Positions 40,121 to 53,224 of a stretch of 64,000 nucleotides of DNA are shown here, in pieces. The notes under the pieces were generated by a model, which was not told where the DNA came from, ran no database searches, and was given only the letters and a program-made list of their open reading frames with translations. The DNA is from Anthoceros angustus (Eukaryota; Plantae; Anthocerotophyta). The number at the start of each line of letters is the position of its first letter. Position 1 is the stretch's first letter. A program made the translations under genes and the position numbers. The stretch covers positions 1,550,001 through 1,614,000 of the forward strand of contig MU008162.1 in NCBI GenBank assembly GCA_010909165.1, given 5' to 3'.

Positions 40121-41388
40121 CTAGACAGGCACGCTTTGCTGAGCAGATGAAGCTTCCTTGGCTGTTAAGCTTTGGTAGTATTCCACCAAGACCTTCCAGC
40201 CCCCCGGGCACATGAATCCATCTGGGAGGCTCTCCCCAGAGCGAGCAAAATTGCGCATCTGATCATGAGGAGAGAGGGAATAGCAACATCGACATCACCA
40301 CAAACTCCACTGCTAGCTGCAGAACAAAGTAGCGAGAAGTATAGGCTTTACCTTGAATCCAGATACGAAAAGAAAGTCTTGAGCTCTGGAGGGGTCAACA
40401 AAAGCCATCTGGCTTTTGGTCTTGTCGTAAGCAGCCACCTGAAGGAACAGAGGGTGGCAGGGAGTTTAGAGAACAAGGAAGGAGGAAGAGAGGGACTGTA
40501 CCGGAGGAAAAGGAGGTCAACATACCCTGAAGGGAAGCATGTTGAGTCTTTCCAGACAAGGAGCCATGCTGAGAATCATCTCGCCATGGTCTGGGTCATA
40601 GAGATCCCTCTTCTCAGTAGGATGGGTCCCGACCCACAATCTAAAAGTCGGCTCTAGCGTTGATGCGGGCTTTAGCATGTCATTGGACTTCAGTCGGTCC
40701 TGCGTAGTGCATGGGGGAGGGGAATATTGCCACAATAGTTATCTCGGGATCTAGAATCCCCTCTGCCAGGACCTGAAAGAACAACATGTCAGCACTGGCA
40801 TCCCGTTGCTGAAACTCAGAAGACAGCAGTCAGCACAAGTTGGGTGACAAAGCCAGAACCTGGTCATGCTGCTTCATGCGCCACTCCAAGGGCACATCGT
40901 CGTCTTTGGTGTAGCCACCCAGAGGATGCAGCAGAAGAATCGGGTTCTTGAACCCCATGTCCAGCAACCTTTTCCGGGTATCAGTCATGAGCAGGGCATG
41001 GCCACCCCGCACCGTGTTCCTGAGCTGGAAGGCAAACACCGCATCCGCCTTCCGCCTCTCAAACTCGGCACGCAGCTCCGCAGGAGACAGCCTGAAGTGG
41101 TCCAGCCCATCGTTATACTTGACCCGCTCCAGCACCTCCAAGCCCCAACAAGCCAGTTCCCGGCATTGGTGATTGCCTCCTCCACATACGGCAGCCCGGG
41201 AGCTGTGCATCCGCAGGTGCGGGCGATCCGCTCCTCCTTGCTGTGCCTGTAAATCTCGATGCTGCAACACCAAACAACCAACAAACCCACAGCGTATTAT
41301 ACCAGCATGCCAGGCACAGCCAACCAGCATAGCCAGGTGGGTGCTCGCGCATTGCGCAACACAACGCAGAGAAGAGCTTACTTGCGCA
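40121..41388 (-). pseudogene. APS: 5'-truncated ATP sulfurylase copy (introns retained)
   Basis: Inverted near-copy of 56904-58189. HNGH motif changed to RGGH, a short deletion at LVGGDLE, and VQW changed to VQ* (TGA). Exon 1 missing. Confidence 0.88.
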
Positions 41389-41770
41389 TAAGGTTGGGTA
41401 CAGGAGAATCTCCTGTGATGCCTCCAATTCTCCACCCTGCGTTGATGCAGCGCGAGCGGGAGAGAACCAGGAGTGGGACGGGATTGTTGAAACACGGTGA
41501 CCACCATATGTTGTAGGAATCCATCGATTTCCCGCGCGAATTGTTTGTGATGGATGTGTGAATCGTGAATCTCTCGTGAGTTGTGAGTCATGAGTCGTGA
41601 GTCGTGCCATGGACGTCTCAAGGACTCGGGTTGGGCTGTGTAACGGTTGGCAGCAGGACGGAAGCCGGCTCGGACTATTTATCCCGAGGAGTGCTGGAAA
41701 AACTTCGGGTCATCTGGATGTATGGAAATGTCTGTTTCTGATTTCATGGTAATCCTCATTCCAATCTCAA
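41389..41770 (+). repeat. Direct copy of UMAMIT upstream/leader sequence joined to part of intron 1
   Basis: Matches ~43310-43585 and then ~43822-43900, skipping exon 1. Confidence 0.8.
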
Positions 41771-42140
41771 TCAATAGTGTGAATGAAAATAAACGAGGGC
41801 TAAACATCACCAATTCATCCCCATGAAAGAAAGCCTCTTCACCTGCAGCACGAGTAGCTCGTAACTTCTTCATCTTAGTCTTCCATTGCAATGGTGTAAG
41901 ATCTTGTCTATAATGATTCGAGTATGCAAACTTTTCTATGCTTCGCAGTGTTTCCCCAAATTAATAATCTTATCATGAGCAGCTATATATGTGCCTCTTT
42001 CTACTATATTTTATTCACTGATAAATAGTCCTCGGAATTTATATTTGGAGAATAATATTATCTTTATTATCTATATATGCTTTTGTTCGTACTACATTTC
42101 TCTATCATTGTTTTTGCAAGTTTGTTTTGAGGAAAGAATC

Positions 42141-42422
42141 ATGTCTCATTATAACGAGGTATGTTGTATTTGTAATTGTCCTATGGGACTTGACGACAAT
42201 TTGGGACCTACATCGCTGTTATCATGCGGTCACATGTTTCACACTACTTGTATTACCCGAAGGGATCCTTGCGAAAGTACATGTCCATCGTCAGGGTGCC
42301 GCCCACCACTCCAACCTTCTCTTAAGTCAGTCCTGGATTCTTTCGTAGATGATGATGCTATGGGTCTCATTGGTGCATTGGGCAAGATCTTCATCGAAAT
42401 ATATTACTACTACTTTTATTGA
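42141..42422 (+). CDS. Small AT-rich RING-H2-like protein with a hydrophobic C-terminus
   Basis: CCICNC...CGHMFHTTC...CPSSGC, then VDDDA and MGLIGALGKIFIEIYYYYFY*. Confidence 0.6.
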   Translation: MSHYNEVCCICNCPMGLDDNLGPTSLLSCGHMFHTTCITRRDPCESTCPSSGCRPPLQPSLKSVLDSFVDDDAMGLIGALGKIFIEIYYYYFY

Positions 42423-43600
42423 AATATTTTGAAATTGGCACTTTCCTTAGTAGATCTATAATTATGATCAAAGATTAGAGGGGTCCTACCGTATTTTTAC
42501 TTCCCCCCTATTCTTAAGTTTCAGCTTTCTCGACAACTTGACATATGGAAGTATGAAGTGAGTAAAATCTTGAAGCTCTATGTGATGGTAGTGGATTAGC
42601 ATTTTAGTATGTGATCCTATGGCAGGGGTTGCTAATTCTAATACGATAAGTATTTTGTATTCTAATTAACTTATCAATAATACACTACCTATTCAAGATT
42701 AGATTTGAACAACATACTCCACATACTAACCAAAAGTCATCTAAAACTCATCTACCATAGATATAGTACCATTCACATACATGTTACCATGTTCAGGTGT
42801 CATTCGTGTATACCCATTTTCTTTGCATCTGCTCCCTCTTGAAGTTTTCTCTTATGCCCATAATTGTTTTCTTTCCATCTAACTCGCTCTGAAAGTTTTC
42901 TCTTATGTCCATAATCATTTTCTTCACATCTGAGTCATTGTTGAACTTCTCTCACGCTCGAAATAATACTGGGTTCTTCATAACTTGGAAATGAAACGCC
43001 CAGATCCATTGACTACCTACAAAGCAAAGGAGGATTGCTTAGCCTCATCCACCCTAGATTTAATACTACTCATAAATATATACTCACATTGATATTATAC
43101 TGTCTATAATAATTGTTAAGGACTCCGTAATCTTCAAATCCTGGTTGCTTTTTGCATGTGGGCACAGTCCTGCAGCAAGGAGCATACAGCAGATCTCAGG
43201 CTCCGCAGAACCCTGTCCTTGGTGAGCGCCTCCCCTGGTGCATGCATATAGTATTTCCTGCCGAATTTTTTAACGATTTCGGAGTTCCTGCTGAATTCGC
43301 TGGTGCATAAAGTTGGGTACAGGAGAATCTCCTGTGATGCCTCCAATTCTGCACCCTGCGTTGATGCAGCAGAGCGGGAGAGAAGCAAGAGTGGAACGGT
43401 GTTGTTGAAATGCGGTGACCAGAACATATTCTACGAATCCATCGATTTCCCGTTGGAATTGTTTGTGATGGATTTGTGAATCGTGAATCGTGAATCTGTA
43501 GTGAGTGGTGAGTGGTGAGTCGTGCCATGGACGTCTCGAGGACTCGGGTTGGGCTGTGTGGGTGGCAGCAGGACGGAAGCCGGCTGAGCCGAGGAGAAGC

Positions 43601-45394
43601 ATGGGCGAGGAGGGCGCCATGTGGAACGTCCATGCCGCTCTGCTGGGGAGCCAGCTCGGGGTCTCGGGCTTCTACGTGCTCGCCAAAGCATCGCTGAGCA
43701 ACGGAATCGACCCGTTCGTGTTCGCGGTGTACCGGAATGCGCTCGGGACGATCCTGCTTGCCGTGGCTGGGTACCTTCTGGAGAAGTATGGAGAGGAAGA
43801 AGTAGTTCAGTTTCCGCTGGCAAGAAGTGCTGGAATAACGTCGGGTCATCTGGATGTATGGATATGTGTGTTTCTGCTTTCATGGTAATCCTCATTCGAA
43901 TCTCGATGCTGCAGGCGGACGGCTCCTCTCACGGGGTACGTAACGTTTGTCATCTTTCTGGCGGGGTTCTTCGGGTACGTGGAGATAAGGACAGGTTCTT
44001 GTGACTTGGGTTTGGTTTGATTGATTTTGGAGTCCTCGTTTTGATCTCTGGGTTGTTGTTTGGTTGCAGGATTTTCGGAAACCAGGTGTTCTTTTATACA
44101 GGAATCGCTCTCACCTCGGCGGCGTATGCTGCAGCAATGCAGGCTGCGATTCCCATCTTCACCTTCCTCATAGCGTACATTTTCAGGTGATTGGTGGAGT
44201 GGAGTGGAGTGGATTGGATTGGAGCGAAGTAGCTGGGATTTGGCCTTCGTGCTCATGGGTCGTGAATGGCCTGTGTGTCATGCCTACTCAGAATTGAGGA
44301 CATCAATTTCGCAAAGCGCCATGGGCAGGCGAAGTTGCTGGGAGTCGGCTTCTCTCTGTGTGGTGCCTTGCTCATGACGTTCTACCAGGGGCCCATCATT
44401 CTGGGGTCTGGATCGTCAATGGGGCATGGGTCAGCGGAGAAACTGGCTCTCCACACACCAGCTTTTGTTGCTTCCGCTGCGCTGAAGTATGGGATCACGG
44501 CTTGGCAAGTCGGGTCAGCATGCCTCGTGGCAAACACCATCTGTTTGGGCATATACACCAATCTGCAGGTGGGAAGAATAAATACCTGATCCTTGGTTCG
44601 GCGATGTTGTGGTGTGTGTGATTTGTGTGCAAATTTAACTCCTGACGTATCCATGCTTGCTATGTTGTGCACAGGCTCCCATTCTGCGCAGGTATCCCTC
44701 CCCAGTTTCTGAAACAGCTATTACCATGCTGTTTGGATCTTTGCTGCTGCTTGTGGGCGGGGCATTTACTGTCAAGGACTCATCCGCCTGGCAGCTGACC
44801 AGCATCCTTGACATTGTCGCCATCGCCTATGCGGTGAGTGCTGCCATGCTCTGCCCTGCCACGCCCTCGCAGCGATGTGGGAGATGTGATGCGAATCTTC
44901 TTGCTGTCTTCTTTGCAAGTCAGGCTATTTGATCCGGGTCTCGTTTGCTGTGCTGCAGGGAACCATGATATCAACTCTCACCTACGCAGTGGGCGCCTGG
45001 GCCTTTCAAAGATCTGGGCCGTTTCTGGTGGCTGCCTACACCCCATTGCAGCCGTTTGTGTCAGCCATATTAGGCTTCTTCTTTATAGGCGACGTCGTTT
45101 ACCTGGGCAGGCTAGTGTTCCCATACCCCCAAGTCCCCTCAGCCTTCTGCTTCTGCAGCAAGAGGGCTCCTTCGTCACTGACGGCAACCTGGTGAGCATT
45201 GCAGTTTGGTAGGGGCGATAGCTGTGCTGTCGGGGCTCTACCTCATCACATGGGGCAAAGTGCAATCCAAGGAGGAAGCAAGGCAGAGGAATCTCCTCCC
45301 ACATGAGAACCGCCCATACGAGCCCCTGGACTCTAAAATCAAGGAGCCCCTGTTAAGCAGATACGCATGGGCAGGCTCTCTTGCCAAAGGCTAA
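43601..45394 (+). CDS. WAT1-related / UMAMIT (EamA-fold) transporter, multi-exon
   Basis: MGEEGAMWNVHAALL...FVFAVYRNALG, AKLLGVGFSLCGALLMTFYQGP, LRRYPSPVS, GPFLVAAYTPLQP, GAIAVLSGLYLITWGK. Confidence 0.92.
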
Positions 45395-45668
45395 GGTATG
45401 TACTCTGCACTTCCGAGCTCACCTCAAATGCTATTACTGGGCTCTCCACACTCCTTCTTTCTTGACAGTGCGCATGACACTGGGAAGGTGTAGAGGCTCC
45501 CCCTCGCTCCCCCCCGCCTAAAGCAGCGAATACACCATGGCATAAAACCGTGGAACAGCAGCACACACTCAAGATTTGCGGGAATGCTTCCTTGGATTCA
45601 AAATCTTGCCCTTGCCATATTGGCAAAATCTGTAAGGGTTTGTAAGATGCTCTGTAGTCTCGGCCTCT

Positions 45669-45872
45669 ACACGAGGAAGAGCTGCTTGCTGCTTGTTGAT
45701 GTCCTACAGCACAACTCTTCTACATTGGAGCTGGACATCAACAGAGTTGCATTACCCTAGCAGCAACGCTCCGTAACGACAGACCCCGAGTGGCAGCATA
45801 CGAAAAGCGGCACCACAGAAACTCAACGGTGGCGTAGCCAGAAAACTGAACGCGAGCCAGCCAATCCATCCT
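45669..45872 (-). pseudogene. ~200 bp fragment of the WDR76-like gene
   Basis: Same-orientation diverged copy of 37507-37716, including an intron. Confidence 0.8.
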
Positions 45873-46451
45873 TACTTAATTTCGTTGAAGTAACTAATCG
45901 TGTGTATTCTTGACTATTTGAATATGTATGATTTTTGGAAAAAAGATTAACAAAGTTTGGAGTTCTCAAACATGGTCCAGGTAGTTTGTTGGTTTTTTGG
46001 CCATCTCCAAAAAATGTTGGAGCCGACCCAGCAATATATGGCAGCCCTTGCTTTTGGGCAAAGGTAGTGGTGGAGAGTTTTATTGGATGAGGGAGTTTTT
46101 GCAAAGTCCCACATAACCTGCGATGGTATCTAGGCACGTATTCATATGATCTTAAGAAGAGTACAGTCTCTTTCTATTGCGATAATACAATGCGTAACAT
46201 AGGGAATCAGAACCCTTGCTGAACATTTCTGGCCCGGGTTTGTTTTGATTTATTTTCAAAAATATCAAATTAAAAAAATCTCCAAAAAAAATGGAGAACG
46301 TCTTTTCCTAAAGAGACCTTAAATTCGTGTTTCAACAAATAATTTCACTTGTAGGCAAATGTTTCAAGCTACTAAAATGCAGACCTACGTCGGGCCAATC
46401 TCAAAATCATTCCCAAGTTTACCAATATTAACATCTTTAGGAGTAAAGAAA

Positions 46452-47658
46452 CTACAAGATTATGCCACAAATACAAATAATGATACGTCCAATATTGTAT
46501 AACAATGAAAAATAAAATAAAAATCTATATATCCAATTATAATAATTAGGGATGTCGTCACCATCAAGGATTTCATCGTCATCAAGGATCTCATCATCAT
46601 CAAGGATTTCGTCGTCATCAAGGATCTCGTCATCATCAAGGATTTCGTCGTCATCAAGGATCTGGTCATCATCAAGGATTTCTTCGTCGTCAAGGATCTC
46701 GTCATCATCAAGGATTTCGTTGTCATCAAGGATCTCGTCATCATCAAGGATTTCGTCGTCATCAAGGATCTTGTCGTCATCAAGGATCACATTATCATCA
46801 ACGATCTCCTCATCATCAAGGATCTCATCATCATCAACGATCTCCTCATCATCCTCAAGCATGTCGTCATCTTCATCACGGATCTCATAATCATCAACAA
46901 GGATCTCGTGATCATCATCAAGGTTCTGGTTATCCTCATCAAGGATCTCGTTATCCTCATCAAGGATCTCGTTATCCTCATCAAAGGTTCGGTCATCATC
47001 ATCAAGGTCCTCGTGATTATCATGAAGGATCTCGTGATCCTCATCAAGGATCTGGTCATCATCATCAAGGATCTCATGATCATCGTCAAGCCTCTCGTAA
47101 TCAAGGATATGATGATCATCAAGCATCTGGTGATCATCATCAAGCCTCTCGTAATCAAGGATATGATGATCATCAAGCATCTGGTGGTCATCATCAAGGA
47201 TCCTACCATCACCATGAGTGAGCTCTTCATCATTATCAATGAGCTCTTCATCATCATCAATGAACTCGTCTTCAACGTCAGTGAGGTCATCATCAAGGAT
47301 CCTGCCATCACCATGAGTGAGCTCTTCATCATTATCAATGAGCTCTTCATCATCATCAATGAGCTCGTCTTCAACATCAGTGAGGTCATCATCATTAGTG
47401 AGCTCGGCATCATCATAAAGGATTTGAATAATATCGACGTTCAATATTAATCCTCTGCAATTGGGACATCGTGGTTCTTCATAACTATTCAATATATTCA
47501 ACCATGGAGCAAGACACTGCTCATGAAAGGAATGAGAACATGCATCCACTTGCATGATCTCATCATGTGTCTTAATTTCTTCCAAACAAATGGTGCAATC
47601 CATTACATCATCACCATTATACATCCTTCTTGTCACATTGAACATTCTTCTAGGTGTA

Positions 47659-47678
<20 letters not shown>
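46452..47678 (-). CDS. Intronless RING-H2 protein with long Asp-rich repeats and a C-terminal hydrophobic tail (408 aa)
   Basis: CTIC-x16-CSHSFHEQC-x15-CPNC. Nested repeats end in ~17 DDDEIL-type hexapeptides, followed by WIYRFLFYFSLLYNIGRIIICICGIIL*. Confidence 0.8.
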
Positions 47679-48020
<342 letters not shown>

Positions 48021-48029
48021 AATGATCAT

Positions 48030-48240
48030 GTGCGCGAGCGGTATGCGGCGGTGTGCGCGGTGTGCGGTATGCGGTGTGCGGTGTGCGGTGTGCGGTGTGC
48101 GGTGCGGTGCGGTGTGCGGCGGTGCGGTGTGCGGTATGCGGCGGTGTGCGGCGGTGTGTGCGGTGCGCGGTGTGCGGCGGTGTGCGGTGTGCGGTATGCG
48201 GTGTGTGCGGTGTGCGGTGTGCGGTGTGCGGCGGTGTGGC
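48030..48240. repeat. CpG-rich (GCGGT/GTGCGGT)n low-complexity tract at the LINE 5' end
   Basis: Continuous gtgcggt/gcggcggtgt repeats. Confidence 0.9.
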
Positions 48241-50690
48241 CGTGGGGTGTTTTTGCGATGAACCTTGCGGAGTTCTTGCCGATAGGGTTTCCCGTGAAGG
48301 GTTGGCTCCGGGTTTGTGCGGGGGCGTGCGGGCTGTGGATGTGTCGGTCCATATTGACTACTAGGTTTCCTTGAGGCCTCTTCAGTGGCCTTCTTCCATG
48401 GTGTTGGCCTTGGTACCAAGCCAAGGCCCCTCCTCTCCCAACCATGGCACCTGATACTGGTTGGTCTCAGGCAATCCAATTGATAGAATATGTTATTGCT
48501 ATGCTCAAGGCGGAGCCTAAAAATATTTCCATAAGCAAGAAGAATGAAGCGAAGGGACTCTTAGAGAGGGCTGTTGTCACACTATCAGAGGAGGCCACTC
48601 TTTTGGAAGCAATCCAACAACAAGTACTTACATGCAATGAAGACTTGAAATAGGCTATCTGTTCTGCTTCCAACGAAGTGAAGTCTGAGGTCAAGGTAGC
48701 TCGTCCTTTATCTTATGCCACGGCCGTCCATTCTAGCGGCGGTAGCACTCCTCCATCAAGACCGCCTCCAATTATCGAGGAACGTCTATTTGTCAGGTTC
48801 ACATATGGAGACTATCCCCAGGAAATGACTCATGCAGAACTGAAGACCAAAATTAATGGGGCTCTCATTGCGGTTGGGGTCGGTCCAATTACGATTTAAG
48901 CTGTGCAAAAATTCCACACGTCTCTTGGTGTTATTGTTGAGTCTGGGGCTGTGCGCGCCAAAGTCATCGAATCAGCTCCGAAATGGGGTCCAATGGCTTT
49001 TCCATCTTCCTCAGCGGTTTCAACTCTGCGCACCCGCCATCAGATCTTGGTCCATGATGTCCCTGTGACTTTACCATTGGAAGAATTCAAGGCAGAAGTA
49101 CTCGTAGACAACGATATTTCCTTTAAAGATGAACCTCGTTGGCTCCTCAAGGATCTCTCCACCAAGCATCATTCATCTGTTCTGGTATCCCTCCCCGACG
49201 AAGAATCCGCTTCGGCGATCTTTCGTCGCGGGCTTGATTTACAAGGTCGCAAGCTGCGGGTGACTCCAGTTGTCCCCAATGCACGCCCTACTCAATGCTT
49301 CAGATGTCAACGCTTTGGTCACACTCAAACCTTTTGTCGGAGTGCGGAGCGGTGTTTGAACTGTGGTGGGCCTCATTCGGCTTCTGACTGTAGGGTGACG
49401 GCCCCACTATGTTGCAACTGTCAAGGTGCTCATCGGGCCTCTGACCCTTCATGCCCCACTCGGTTTGCAACCAACTCCAAGGTCTTCTCTCGGCAAGTCC
49501 CCTCATGAACTCTCTCAAGATCATCCAACTCAACTGCCATCGATCCAGTATTGTCATCTCAATATGTTATTCTCTTCATTTGACATTCTTTTCTTGCAAG
49601 AACCATATGTCATCAATCCTTCCACTGCGATTTCGCACTCGCAATGGACTCCCATCCTCCCCTCTCCCAGCCTCCCCACTTGCCCTAGGGTCCTCACTTA
49701 TGTTAACAAAAGTCTTTGTTCTAGTAGTATTTCTCCCCGCTGGGACCTTTTTAATTTCCCTGATATCCAATGTGTCTAGGTCTGTTGCCCATGTCAGGTC
49801 GTTCACTTTGTTAATCTCTACAATCCCCCTAACTCTGATAGTACCATTCACATTCTCACACCCCATGCCTCCTTCCTCTCCCACCATTGTTTTACTCTCG
49901 GGGATTTTAATCTCCATCATTCTTTGTGGGAATCTTCTTCATCTAATGAAATTATTTCTCGGCGGCTATTGAGTTTGTCCTCTTCATTAACACCACTCCT
50001 CTCTTCCTCCTAACTCCGCCACATTGCCCCACTTATGTGTCTTCCTCCAATAACCCTTCCACTTTGAATCTAACTCTTTCTTCTGATGATGTTCGTCACT
50101 TAGTAGACTTCTGTGACATTCTTCCTGATCTTGAGGCAGGGTCTGACCACCAAGTTATTGCTTTAATCCTCACTATTCCTCCCTCCTCACAACCTCTCCC
50201 CCCTCCGTCTCCACCCCGCCTTAACGTTAGAGCTATTGACAGGGTCAAATTTTCCTCCATTTTAGCTGCTGAAATTTCCACTAACTTGGTCGGTTTAGGT
50301 CTCCCTCAGACCTCATCTACTAAAGCTTCTGTGCTAAAGCGAGTGGTGCTTGGTGGCCCCTCGGCGTTGGTGTTACACCATCTTGGCCTTCATGATCGTA
50401 AGGTCTCATCCTTTCTCACCCAATTACGGACTGGGCATATGGCTATTGGGGCTTATTTCAGGCGATTCAACATCGTTGGAAACCCATTTTTTCGAAAATG
50501 TATGTCTTCCGAAAAAACCCGCCAGTACATCCTTGGTCAGTGCTCGGCTACCCGCACCAAGTGGGACCAGATTTTTCAGGGCTCTTACTATGATATGCGC
50601 CAACTCCTCAGTATTTCCAACCTTAGAGGGAAACTTATCTCTTACTTCAAGCTGATTGGCGACTACTTTTAGTGCAGGTTCCTCAGCAAA
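48030..50690 (+). mobile_element. Internally deleted, decayed non-LTR retrotransposon (I/Tad1/Jockey-type architecture)
   Basis: ORF1 (48444-49508, two in-frame stops) has three knuckles, CFRCQRFGH..C / CLNCGGPH..C / CCNCQGAH..C. ORF2 starts at an ATGA overlap (49505) with APE motifs (IIQLNC, LFLQEP, NLYNPP, GDFNLHH, SDHQ) and C-terminal LTQLRTGH. No RT motifs remain. Confidence 0.85.
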
Positions 50691-51439
50691 GGTTCCATTT
50701 TAGGTGGGTAAAAAGTTTAGAGCAAAAGCAGGTTGTTTTAGATAGTTTGACTAGCCAAAAGAAGTTTTTCGTAGTAATGGAAGTCGAAGGAAGTTTTTTC
50801 TTACGACCTTTTTGGACAAATCATGTCTTTTTTTCTTTACCACAAAGAGTATACAACCTCTATTCCTTTATTCCCAAGCAGTACGTCGCTTTACTATGGT
50901 TTCTATGCAATAGCAATGGATCACACTTGTGGGTGGTTGCTCTCAAACTAGTGATCTAAACTAGATTAGCTTCTAGCCTTCGAGCACCAACTGCTTCCAT
51001 CCCTTTTCCCTAAGGGGTCGTTCTTTCTAGATTAGTTAAATAAAGCGAAATGTTATCACAAAAAAAAATTGTCTCATGCAATTGTGCACTTAAACTCAAG
51101 CTAGTAAGATAACACATGCTTCACAACAAGAAGTGCAAGCCACTTGACTAGATCTATGCATCACATTTTAAGTACAACCAAATAATATAGCTTAGCTGTG
51201 GAGCCATCATATAGACAACAGAGCACCCTATTCAGGAACAACCCTCCTAACATAGTATCACACACCAAACCATAAAACAAAGTCTGCGCAAAGATGGCGG
51301 ATTCCTAAAAGCCCTTTCGACACCTAATTGACTTTTGACCTTTAGCAATAATAGACAAAATAATTTTTGCCTGTCCGCAAGCAGGTTCAAGCATAAAGGA
51401 ACCACCTGGTTGTACGAATTTTAAGCAATATCATAATGG

Positions 51440-52100
51440 TTGTTCCGGAACGCGTCGGTCGACCGGAGCACTCCCACTCTTTAAACCATTCGGAACACCA
51501 GGGGGAGCAAGAATCACCTGGGGTAAACAACCAGTTTCCTTACGAGTTGTCACAAACATTTGAGGTCGACCGACACATCGACACAGAGCGCATCCTCTGT
51601 AGATAAAAGCTTGATTAAATTTGAAAAAGACATCCGAGTTACTTTCAAAATGAGGGTCAAAGTCAAGGGGTGCACCGGTCGACCGGCGCCCATGCAAAGC
51701 GTACAAAGCTAATCTTCGCTAATTGGCTCCCCTTATAAACAAACCTTACGAAAAATATTGCGTTTCAAAGGGCTTTAAAATGCAAATCTTTGGTGTCTTT
51801 TTCGTTAAAATCCAGCCTATGATGCTTGAAAAAACATTCAACAACAATAGATGGCACACCCTTGGATGAATGCGTCGGTCAATCAACACACTGCAAGTGA
51901 AACCTTATGAAAAATAATTTATTTGAAAGTGTTTGATATACAGATCTCTAAGCATCTTTTTTGTTGTAATCCGCCCTTGGACGCCTGAGAAAAGCTTTAA
52001 AAACGGTAGACAGGTGCACCCTTCGATGAGTGCACCGGTCGACTGACCCTTTGCTAGTTAAAACTTTTAAAAAGATATTTTTTTTGAAATGCCTTTGAAT
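51440..52100. repeat. Degenerate ~160 bp periodic repeat with gtgcaccggtcgac cores
   Basis: aaacctta(c/t)gaaaaata at 51741 and 51900. caccctt.gatga.tgc..cggtc at 51857 and 52017. Further ggtcgac cores at ~51457, 51564 and 51678. Confidence 0.55.
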
Positions 52101-52723
52101 AAGGTCTTCTTAAAGGTAGAGACATTCTCCAATTTTCCACAATGGCTAAAAAACCAACAAATTCGACTCCATTTGAGAATTCAGAACGTTGTTTTAAAGT
52201 TTTTTTGTTTTTTTCAGAAGCAAGGGATGAAAGCTTGCTTCTCCTTAAGAGTACCAAGGAATGTGATAAAAGAATATTTTTTTGGTACATTTATATTAAT
52301 TTTTCTATGTCAGCCTTTTATTGCAAAAACATGAAGGCATAACAGATTACTATCTAGAACACCATTTTCAAAACTAGGTAATTGTTGCCTAACTATTACA
52401 TGCTTCACATAATCATGGCCGCTAGAGGGATACTGTTATGTGGTGCAAGTTCCAGAATCTGACCAACAACCTGCAAGAACCCATTCACATTCCATGGAGA
52501 ATCTGCCAAACGTGCATGATCCTAGTCCCAAGTCGCTAGTATGTTACTGGCCCCATGAACCATACCCCTAAAACGGCTAAAGCCCATTTCGCGGTACTAT
52601 TGAATCAATTTCATCCATTAGGCAATGCCATCCACCTTTCAATGCATACATCGCGGGCAGCAATGAGACCCAGGATGAAAACTCTTTGGGGTTGTGAAAA
52701 TACATTCTTAAGTTTGCCAATAT

Positions 52724-53224
52724 TTAGAGCATTATGAATAAAAAAACTACAATAGCATTCAATTGATAATAATGATGCAATAAGAATAAAATAATATTGC
52801 AGAATAATATTATAAAATTTAATAATAGGTCAGTATCATTAAAGATCGCATGATCATCGAGATTATTGTCATCATGAAGAAGGATTGCAGGATCATCAAA
52901 GATATCTTCATCATCATTCGCATGATTGTCAAGGATATTGTCATCAAAGATCGTATCATCATCAAGGATATCGTCATCATCATCAATGATTTGAACATTA
53001 TCAACCTTCAATATTAATCCCCTGCAATTGGGACATTGTGCTTGATGAGTATTCAACCATGGAACCAGACACCGCTCGTGAAAGGAATGAAAACATGCAT
53101 CCACTTGCATGATGTGATCAAGTTTTTTAATATTGTCTAAACAAATGGTGCAATTCATTACATCATCACCATTATACATCCTTCTTGTCACATTGAATGT
53201 TCTTCTATAGTTGTTATGATCCAT
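52724..53224 (-). CDS. Short paralog of the RING-H2/Asp-rich/hydrophobic-tail protein (166 aa)
   Basis: MDHNNYRRTFNVTRRMYNGDDVMNCTICLD...CFHSFHERCLVPWL...CPNCRGLIL, a short Asp spacer and a hydrophobic C-terminus. Confidence 0.8.
   Translation of the reverse strand: MDHNNYRRTFNVTRRMYNGDDVMNCTICLDNIKKLDHIMQVDACFHSFHERCLVPWLNTHQAQCPNCRGLILKVDNVQIIDDDDDILDDDTIFDDNILDNHANDDEDIFDDPAILLHDDNNLDDHAIFNDTDLLLNFIILFCNIILFLLHHYYQLNAIVVFLFIML

Noticed and set aside
46460-47450. Met/Ile/Ser-rich ORFs in other frames of the Asp-repeat gene
   Set aside because: Alternative readings of the same 18-21 bp repeats.
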